Below are positions 54,388 to 64,000 of a stretch of DNA of 64,000 nucleotides, in pieces. Below the pieces are notes generated by a model that saw only the letters and a list, made by a program, of their open reading frames with translations, was not told the origin of the DNA and searched no databases. Both the position numbers and the translations under genes were made by a program. The stretch's first letter is position 1. Each line of letters opens with the position of its first letter. The DNA lies in assembly GCA_964016885.1 (NCBI GenBank), contig OZ024752.1, positions 41,664,001-41,728,000 of the forward strand, written 5' to 3'. Origin of the DNA: Eledone cirrhosa (taxonomy: Eukaryota).

Positions 54388-55645
54388 GGGCGGTGGATTG
54401 GCAGAATCGGTAGAGGGTCGGACACGCCATGCTTTGCAGCATAGAGTTACGTCCCTTTACGATCTGAGTTCAAATCCCGCCGAGGTTAACTTTGCCTTCT
54501 GTCATAAGGTCGTGGATTGGCAGTATCGGTAGAGGGTCGGACGCCATGCTTTGCAGCATAGAGTTACGGCCCTTTACGATCTGAGTTCAAATCCCGCCGA
54601 GGTTAACTTTGCCTTCTGTCATAAGGTCGTGGATTGGCAGTATCGGTAGAGGGTCGGACGCCATGCTTTGCAGCATAGAGTTACGTCCCTTTACGATCTG
54701 AGTTCAAATCCCGCCGAGGTTAACTTTGCCTTCTGTCATAAGGTCGTGGATTGGCAGTATCGGTAGAGGGTCGGACGCCATGCTTTGCAGCATAGAGTTA
54801 CGTCCCTTTACGATCTGAGTTCAAATCCCGCCGAGGTTAACTTTGCCTTCTGTCATAAGGTCGTGGATTGGCAGTATCGGTAGAGGGTCGGACGCCATGC
54901 TTTGCAGCATAGAGTTACGTCCCTTTACGATCTGAGTTCAAATCCCGCCGAGGTTGACTTTGCCTTTCATCCTTACGGGGGTCGATAGAATAAAGTACCA
55001 GTAATGCACTGGGGTAATTGCTGGCCTTGTGCCAAACGTAGAAACAATTATAATAATTAGGCGGTGGATTGGCAGTATTGGTAGAGAGTCATTCGCCATG
55101 CTTTCCAGTATAGTGTTACATCCCTTTATGGACCGAGTTCAAATCCCACCGAGTTTAACTTTGCCTTTCATCCTTACGGCCTCGATAAATTAAAGTACCA
55201 GTAATGTTCTGGGTAATTGCTGGCCTTGAGCCAAAAGTAGAAATAATTATAGTAATTAGTAGAAGCACTAACACAGTGTGATTCAGTATAGAGGTGTATA
55301 TGAAAATCATATATAATATGTTTATATATAATGGTTTCTGATTTAGGCCCAAGGCCAACAATTTTGGGGGAGAGGAAAGTTGATTAAATTGACCCTAGTG
55401 CATTACTGGTACTTTATTTTATCAACCCTGTGAGTATGAAAAGCAAAGCTAATGTTGATGAGATTTGAATTTCAGATTTGAAATCTGTATATAAAGGGCC
55501 ATAACTCTATGCCACGATACAAATACTGCCAATCCATATATGTTTATATATAATTGTTTCTACTTTTGGCACAAGGCCAGCAATTATCTCAGTGTATTAC
55601 TGGTACTTTATTTTATCGACCCCGTTAGGATGAAAGGCAAAGTTG
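54388..55645. mobile_element. SINE A cluster: 117-bp tandem array of heads (4 + 1 full copy), another + copy, then two - copies
   Basis: gtggattggcag recurs at 54393, 54512, 54629, 54746 and 54863. Confidence 0.85.
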
Positions 55646-56355
55646 TTTTCAGTTCTAACCCTACCAAAGTTGACATTCCTTCTTCCTTTTGGTGGTGGTG
55701 GTGGTGGTGGTGGCAGTGGTGGTGGTGGTAGTGGCAGTGGTGGGTTTATGGTTGCAATGGTGCTGGTGGTGGTGGTGGTGATGGTAGTGGTGATGGTGGT
55801 TGTGGTGGTGGTAGTGGTGGTGGTGGTGAGGTGCTGGTGATGGTAGTGGTGATGGTGGTTGTGGTGGTGGTGGTGGTGGTGGTGAGGTGCTGGTGATGGT
55901 AGTGGTGATGGTGGTTGTGGTGGTGGTAGTGGTGGTGGTGGTGGTGAGGTGCTGGTGATGGTAGTGGTGATGGTGGTTGTGGTGGTGGTAGTGGTGATGG
56001 TAGTGGTGATGGTGGTGAGGTGCTGGTGATGGTAGTGATGATGGTGGTGAGGTGCTGGTGATGGTAGTGATGATGGTGGTAGTGGTGATGGTAGTGGTGA
56101 TGGTGGTGAGGTGCTGGTGATGGTAGTGATGGTGGTGAGGTGCTGGTGATGGTAGTGGTGGTGGTGAGGTGCTGGTGATGGCAATGAATGGTGTTAATGG
56201 TAGGGCTAGTTACATATATGGTTGTTGCAACTTCCTCTGGCATTTCACAATGGTGAATGGCAAATATAAGAGTAGATAGATTATTGGATTAATGTGCAGC
56301 CACACACACACACACATACATACATACACACACACATACATACACACACATACAT

Positions 56356-56404
<49 letters not shown>

Positions 56405-57229
56405 ATGTGATAACCACTTTGTGCTAGATTTGTTGGAGAAATGATAATTTTATACCTTCCTACCTACCTCTCACTCTTTCTCTCATAAGTGTTGACAAGA
56501 CAGCTAGTAGTCAAACAACAGCTATCTACAAATACATACCTATATATCTATCTCTATCTATCTTTGGACGATACAACTTCTATCTATACACACACACATA
56601 CATACATACATGGTGGCTGCCAACTCGTTTTCGAGTACGGCCACTACCTTATATCCATGTAGGAGAACCCCTACCGATGCGCTGAACGAATGTGACTTTT
56701 TAGTCCCGCCAGCGACTTGAAAACTCTGGTACAAAGACTACACTTGTGACCATTATTGACACATAGTGCTGGTCCCATGGTACCATGTGATGACAAGTGC
56801 AGAGAGATCTCCAGATATAAAGCAATGCCTGTGCTGTGAAGCTTTTATAGTGAGCAAAGGCACTGCACAAAGCCAGTCCCACTCTCTTAACCAAGATGAT
56901 ATTTACCAAAAAGAAGAACAAGTCAACATCATTGGATACCATCAGGGTTGCAGGTGTTATATCAGAGTTTTCCTTCTCCTAGAATTCTGCCTTGACAAAG
57001 GCTAAGGGGTCATCTCTCCCAGTGATTTTGGATGGCTATTGAGTCTTAAGAGCTCCCTTGCCCTTTGACAGGTTTTGTTTTTAGTCCTGCAGGATGTCCA
57101 AAGTCACCCACCTCACCAAGAAACCTTGGTGGGGTTGCCAGTTTAGTCGCCAACGACCCGACCATGAGACAGGTTGTACTGGGATACATGTTACCAGTAG
57201 CACCAACTGGTGACCAACTTCTACATACA

Positions 57230-57265
<36 letters not shown>

Positions 57266-57394
57266 TACACACATATATATATATATATATACACATGCAC
57301 ACACACATATACACACACATACATACACATATATATATATATAACTAAACCATGCTACCGTGGAAGAATGGACGTAAAACGGTGATGATGAGGA

Positions 57395-57575
57395 AGACGT
57401 GGTTGAGGAAGACCACGAAAATCATGGGCGGAGGTGGTGAGAGCTGACCTCAGATCGCTGAAGCTCACAGAGGAGATGACGAAGTACCGTGACAAATGGG
57501 GAGATGTTGTACTGAATAGGACCTGTCCCACCCTTGCAAGCAGGGAAAAGCGGACGTAAAATGATGATGATGATG
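57395..57575 (+). mobile_element. RTE-like LINE L2 3' end
   Basis: GRPRKSWAEVVRADLRSLKLTEEMTK... followed by cccttgcaagcagggaaaagcggacgtaaaa(tga)n. Confidence 0.75.
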
Positions 57576-57711
57576 AGATATATATATATATATATATATA
57601 TTTAATATTGAATATTTACTCCAGTAATTTGTTGAGTGCTCTAAATCAGTTACAAACATTAATGTTTGTCGGACTTCCAACAACTTCTACTTATATATAT
57701 ATATATATACA

Positions 57712-57843
57712 TTATTCCAGGTTGAATCGGAGGTAACCACAGTAAGTAAGGTACTCAATACATAGCAGAGTATAACAGTTTTAATATAGACGAGATTCTA
57801 CAGGACTAGAACTGTTTCATTCTTTAGAAATCATCAGGAATCT
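57712..57843 (-). mobile_element. Family H5 hammerhead element
   Basis: Minus strand: gattc-CTGATGA-tttctaaagaat-GAAA-cag(ttctagtc)ctg-TA-gaatc. Confidence 0.8.
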
Positions 57844-58048
57844 GGGTATCAAAAAATAAATATGGTATTTATAGGTCTCTTCAGGTGGTAGGAGAGGGTG
57901 GGGAGTGGGATGGGTAGAGGTCATTGGTTGATAGAAAAGGGAATTGATTAAAAGCTAATTCTTTAAAGCTATAATTTATATTTAGAGTAACAAAGGCAGA
58001 AAGAATTCTATAAACAAGTTCAGAATGGGATGCCACTCCTTATTTTTA

Positions 58049-58103
<55 letters not shown>

Positions 58104-58394
58104 GATATTTTTCCATGCTTGCGTTGGTTAGACAGGTTTTCATGTTATGAGATAAGTCAGGTTAGGTGACCATGTCTTGCTCATTCATGTGCGTTTATAT
58201 ATACACATTTTTAAAAATATATTTTATATTTATATATAAGTCACTACGTGTGTGTGTGTGTGTACGTACTTGATGAACCATATGATAAAGGAGTGCAAAT
58301 ACAGTGAGGAAGGGGTAATGTTCCTTTGAAGGCCAGCTCTCTCTCCCCACCCATATATATATATATATTTGTATATATATATATATATATATAT

Positions 58395-58880
58395 AAAATA
58401 CAAAGTAAAATACAAAGTAAAACCTACTACAGTCAGTAGGCATCTCTAACAAAACACACCCCCGTCCCACCACCCCAACCCCATCCACACCGCCCCTTTC
58501 AATGTAAAGTTATGTTGGTGCCACAACATCCAGGCCAAAACAAATGAGATCGTGTAGGTGTCACGACAAAAAACACATAGTCCACGCTGTAATGTGGCCG
58601 TGTAGGCAACACAGTAAAAACCTCCCAGCCCCACACTGTAAATGTGGTTGGTGTTAGGAAGGGCATCCAGCTGTAGAAAACCCGCCAGACAGTCCTATGC
58701 GAGCAAGACAATCACTCTTGCCTCAAGTGGGAAAACCCCCGTCCAAACCCATGCAAGCGTGGAACACGGACGTTAAACGTTGATGATGATGATGATGATG
58801 ATGATGATATATATATGCATCAGTTCCTGTCCCACCCTTGCAAGCAGGGAAAAGCGGACGTAAAATGAAATGATGATGAT
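58395..58880 (+). mobile_element. LINE L1 3' UTR plus SINE B tail
   Basis: Match to 4590-4970. Confidence 0.75.
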
Positions 58881-59145
58881 GATATATATATATATATATA
58901 TATATATGCATATATATACGTATATGGATATATATATATATGTGTGTGTGTGTGTATATATATATATACATATATATATGGAAACAGAAATTTATAGAGG
59001 AGAATCAAAGGCACTTATCAACATATTTTATTCCTTACAAGTTCTTTCATCTGAATGGGTTACATTTGATTAAAGCATCTAACACAATATATCATAATAT
59101 TTTCTCCTCTCAATTTACCAGATATACTTCTATTTTATATATATA

Positions 59146-59191
<46 letters not shown>

Positions 59192-59525
59192 TGGACGTAA
59201 AATGATGATGATAATGATTATATATATATATTGTTTTTGCCGAGAATAAGTAAGTGACATAGTCACTACTTTAAAACGCATAGCGAATGATCTTCTAAAT
59301 GTTTTTAATTAAACATACAGTATATTGCCAAATACACTATACATACATTCATTTCTAGCCTGATAGTGGGGTTTATAACCCTCTCCAAGGGTTATAAACC
59401 CCACTATCAGGCTAGAAATTTCTTTAGTCTAAAATACGGTGAAAGCTTATAATTTCTAATTTCTAATTTCAAACTCGCGCACCGTTTCAAAAACATACTT
59501 ACATGTTTACGTTTATAATTTGCTT

Positions 59526-59555
<30 letters not shown>

Positions 59556-59560
<5 letters not shown>

Positions 59561-59886
59561 TAAAATAACAGGAGCCTGGACTGGTGTAATTCCTTAAAGG
59601 TTTATTATATATACTATGATCATTTCAATGACCGGGTTCCGTATGAATCCGGTGACATTATCAGGTATTCGAAATTTAACAAAGGAATATAATAGACAAT
59701 GGTCGGCCGCCCTCCTGTCTCTGCTTTTCAGCACCATGGATTTTGTCTATTATATTCCTTTGTTAAATTTCGAATACCTGATGATGTCACCGGATTCATA
59801 CTGAACCCGGTCACTGAAATGATCATAGTATAATAAATCTTTTAAGGAATTACACCAGTCCAGCCTCCTGTTGTTTTATAATAATT
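59556..59886. mobile_element. Fold-back element with hammerhead (family H8)
   Basis: ~140-bp inverted arms. atac-CTGATGA(59778)-tgtcaccggattcatactgaacccggtcact-GAAA-t(gatc)a-TA-gtat; mutated mirror copy at ~59620-59680. Confidence 0.8.
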
Positions 59887-60020
59887 AACTCCGTACTCAC
59901 ACCACCACCAACACAAATGAAGACGGGTGAGTTGCATTACGTTGAGTATTCTCCATAATATTACATTGAGGTTGACCATACGGAAATGACCAGTTCTATC
60001 CAGTGGTGAACCAACAAACC

Positions 60021-60107
<87 letters not shown>

Positions 60108-60109
<2 letters not shown>

Positions 60110-60300
60110 CAAAGGAAATGTGGTAAGGAACCAGATGGACCATAACGCACCAAAGTACTCAATACTTAGGGTAGTAGAGTGGGTAATAGGACCCCGACGG
60201 CTGAGCTCAAGCCGTTTCAACGGCTAATTCTGGACTCTGCATCCAGAATTAGCCGTCGAAACGGCTTGAGCTCAGCCGTCAGGGTCCTACTCGTTCCTAT
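60108..60300. mobile_element. Fold-back family H6
   Basis: Hairpin arms containing GAAAcggcttgagctcagccgTCagggtcc. Confidence 0.65.
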
Positions 60301-61060
60301 ATATATATATATATTGCCATCATCATCATCAGCGTTTAACATGCATGCTAGAATGGGTTAGATGAGTTGTACAGATGTGAGCCAAGCCAATATGGATAAT
60401 GTGTGTATATATAATGTGGTAAACAATAAACAGAGAGACACAGAGACAGCAGCTGAACCAGGATGACTAAGGACTCTCTCTTCTAGAACAGTTTAACTCC
60501 AATAAGTTTATAGCTGTTGTTGTTGGCATCCATGTTGTTATTGATGTCAGCCATGACAGTTCTGCTTGAGCAGACATGTTTGAAAGAAAAAAAAAAAACT
60601 GAAATATATATAGTTTAAACCTATGTAGTATTAGCTAGCCTCCTTTGAGGTTTCTCAGGTGTTTTAATGATAAGGGGTCCCAGTTCTGGCTTTTTGTTAC
60701 AGCTCATACCAATTCTGAGTTAGCTGGCCTCCTACAAGTTATATCTCCTAAGAGGTTTCTCAAGTATTTTAATGATAAGGAGTCCCAGTCTGACCATAAA
60801 AAGCAATATAAAATGAAGAGTCTTGCCCAGCAACATATCATGCCACCTGGTCCAGCAATTGAAACCCCAACCTTATGTTCATGTATCCGACTCTCTAACC
60901 ATTAAGCCACATACCTTCCTCTCTGGATTTTGGTCTTTGTGTGTGTATATATACATTCCTGATGATGTCATAGGAATGAAGCAGTACTAGTCCTGTAGAA
61001 GCCTTTTCTATATAAACCCCTATATATATCGTCTATATATAATGTCTATCTTCCACGCTA

Positions 61061-61125
<65 letters not shown>

Positions 61126-61127
<2 letters not shown>

Positions 61128-61650
61128 GAAAAATCTACCAAAAGTTTACGGTAGTGTCCAATCCGTATGAAGAACTCAATGTAATCCGGATATCATGAAA
61201 AGAGAAAATGCATTCAAAAACTACTTTCGGTGAAAAATAAACGGAAAACAGAGTCAAGATAAATTATTTAAAAAATAATGAATAAACAAAGAAACAGTTC
61301 CTTATATTAAAAAAAATTCATTATTTAACAATCGTTTCTAGGATATATATGTGTGTTAGAGTTGGTATGCATATTCTATAGATCTATGTACAATATTTAT
61401 ACAAACTATCAGAGGGAATATACATACCTACACATATATATGCTGTCTTCAGAAATAAAGATTATTTCTGAAGACAGCATATATATGTGTAGGTATGTAT
61501 ATTCCCTCTGATAGTTTGTATAAATATTGTACCAAGATCTATAGAATATGCATACCAACTCTAACACACATATATATCCTAGAAACGATCGTTAAATAAT
61601 GAATTTTTTTTAATATAAGGAACTGTTTCTTTGTTTATTCATTATTTTTT
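61126..61650. mobile_element. Fold-back family H3 (long-stem-II hammerhead)
   Basis: ~190-bp inverted arms centred near 61459. Plus arm: attattt-CTGAAGA(61468)-107 nt hairpin-GAAA(61582)-c(gatc)g-TT-aaataat. (TA)n flanks. Confidence 0.8.
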
Positions 61651-61655
61651 TTATA

Positions 61656-61712
<57 letters not shown>

Positions 61713-61954
61713 AAACAGGGGCTGTGTAGTTGCTGTATAAGGTGTACTTATAAATAAGAAGAAAGCATGAACGGGAGCAAATTTTCCTTCATCAGTTGTC
61801 TGCTGGGGGTCCTGGATATTTCTACGCATTAAAGACAAGATATCTCACCCCAGTGCGTTAATAACTAAAGGAAGTTATTGGGAGAAAAAGGGGGAAGTTA
61901 TTGGTAAAAAAATATATATAACAGAAGGGAAAAAGGAGGAAAAAAAGGAAAAAA

Positions 61955-62698
61955 AACAGCAAAAAAACACCGGGAAACAACAAACCGAAGAGGGAAACCC
62001 GAAGAACAACTGTGAGCAACTCAAAGAGAGAGAAAGTTAACGCTGGTATTAATGTCAATGATCTCCTTCAGCCAACATCTAGCTTACTCAATGAATCTGC
62101 CGAATTATATATATGTGATGTGCATGGACGATGACCGCTGGGTAAAGAAGTGCCAAGAAATCCCAGTAGAAGGAAGACGCAGTAGAGGTAGACCACGTAA
62201 AACATGGGCGGAGGTGGTGAGAGCAGACCTCAGATTGCTGAAACTCACTGAGGAGATGACAAAGGACCGTGCATGACAAGTGGAGAGATAAATAAACAGC
62301 AAAAAAACACCGGGAAACAACAAACCGAAGAGGGAAACCCGAAGCACATCTGTGAGCAACTCAAAGAGAGAGAAAGTTAACGCTGGTATTAATGTCAATG
62401 ATCTCCTCCAGCCAACATCTAGCTTACTCAATGAATCTGCCGAATTATACATATGTGATGCGCATGGAGGATGACCGCTGGGTAAAGAAGTGCCAAGAAA
62501 TCCCAGTAGAAGGAAGACACAGTAGAGGTAGACCACGTAAAACATGGGCGGAGGTGGTGAGAGCAGACCTCAGATCGCTGAAACTCACTGAGGAGATGAC
62601 GAAGGACCGTGCGTGACAAGTGGAGAGATGCTGTGCTAAGTAGGACCCGTCCAACCCTTGCAAGCAGGGAAAAGCGGATGTAAAATGATGATGATGAT
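61955..62698 (+). mobile_element. 340-bp tandem duplication including RTE-like LINE L2 3' end
   Basis: MRMEDDRWVKKCQEIPVEGR(R/H)SRGRPRKTWAEVVRADLR occurs twice; the final copy ends with cccttgcaagcaggg...(tga)n. Confidence 0.8.
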
Positions 62699-62927
62699 AT
62701 ATATATACATACATATGATGTTTGGATGATGAACTGTCAAAAGGCTATAATGGAGGCTACTGGAAAGATCCTTCCTCCACCCACCACCCATTACCTTAGT
62801 TATTGACGCATTGGGGTGAGATAAGTGAAATACTTTTTTTTTACTCTCTCTCTCTCTCTCTCTCTCTCTGTGAATAAGATGAATGAATGCACAAATGAAT
62901 GAATAATAGAAATAAGGCACATAAATA

Positions 62928-63468
62928 GAAGGCAAAGAAGGCGAAGAAGAAGGCGAAGAAGAAGAGGGAAAAGAAGGCGAAGAAGAAGGCGAAGAAGAAG
63001 AGGGAAAAGAAGGCGAAGAAGGCGAAGAAGAAGAGGGAAAAGAAGGTGAAGAAGAAGAAGAATAATAAGAAGAAGAAGAAGAAGAAGAGGGAAAAGAAGG
63101 CGAAGAAGAAGGCGAAGAAGAAGAGGGAAAAGAAGGCGAAGAAGGCGAAGAAGAAGAGGGAAAAGAAGGTGAAGAAGAAGAAGAAGAAGAAGAAGAAGAA
63201 GAAGAAGAAGAAGAAGAAGAAGAAGGAGAAGAAGAAGAAGAGGGAAAAGAAGAAGAAGAAGAAGAAGAAGAAGAAGAAGAAGAAGAAGAAGAAGAAGAAG
63301 AAGGCAAAGACAAAGAAGAAGAAGAAGAAGAAGAAGGAGAAGAAGAAGAAGAAGAAGAAGAAGAAGAAGAAGAAGAAGAAGAAGAAGAAGAAGAAGAAGA
63401 AGAAGGCAAAGACAAAGAAGAAGAAGAAGAAGAAGAAGAAGAAGACAAAGACAAAGAAGAAGGAGGTG
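62928..63468. repeat. (GAA)n simple repeat
   Basis: Direct inspection. Confidence 0.9.
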
Positions 63469-64000
63469 AGATCACTATGACTATAACTATAGACCAGAAG
63501 CTGATGATGATGATGATGACAACGATGCTGATGATGATGATGACAAGGAGGCTGGGAAGAAAATCTGTCTGTCACAGCAGGCTTTAAATTGTAATTGTTG
63601 TCGCTTCCAGTGTGATCTGTCCACAGACTGTGTACAGGGTGGCTGGGTGGTGCTGTATGGGGGTGGCTGAAAGGGAAGGGACGGGCAGTGTCTTACTGCT
63701 TGTGTGTGAGGAAGAGGGGAGATAGGGAGGGAGCATAGCTTAGAGAGAGGGAGGGAGCATAGCTTAGAGAGAGGGGGAGGGAGCATAGCTTAGAGAGAGG
63801 GAGGGAGCATAGCTGAGAGAGAGGGGGAGGGAGCATAGCTTAGAGAGAGTACTCCCCCACCCTGACTGACTGATGGAGAGGAGACATGGCTTAGTGAGAT
63901 AGAGAGGGAGGGGGGGGAAATAAGTTAGGTGTGTGGGGGTGGAGGGGCAAGGGAAGGGAGCAGCGTCTTACTGTGTGTGTGTGTGTGTGTGTGTGGAGGA

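Noticed and set aside
56600-57220. Complex sequence with short ORFs, possibly an exon
   Set aside because: No consistent frame or splice sites; more likely a decayed retroelement fragment that I cannot assign.
9703-63575. Long ORFs such as 17345-18697, 45627-46832, 46862-48145, 28997-30064 and 62636-63475
   Set aside because: Translations of (CA)n, (TA)n, (GGT)n and (GAA)n repeats that are open in several frames on both strands; no splice or complexity support.

Overview
AT-rich, microsatellite-saturated animal genomic DNA, most likely an octopod cephalopod (inferred from the SINE families, which resemble Octopus elements). Almost all ORFs in the supplied track are translations of simple repeats or SINE/LINE fragments. 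The only convincing host coding sequence is a 971-bp minus-strand exon (104-1074). The track missed it because its frame runs off the window edge without a stop. A phase-compatible 28-nt candidate micro-exon lies at 11016-11043. The rest is intronic or intergenic: tRNA-derived SINEs, often in tandem sub-module arrays; RTE and R4/Dong-like LINE 3' fragments; TTAA-flanked MITEs; and mini/microsatellites. The most notable signal is a dense set of minimal type I hammerhead ribozyme motifs from at least 7 unrelated sequence families. Most have a very short stem III with a palindromic tetraloop (ATAT, GCGC, GATC, AATT). They usually sit inside 100-350 bp fold-back inverted repeats in or next to (TA)n tracts, the signature of Penelope-like element termini.
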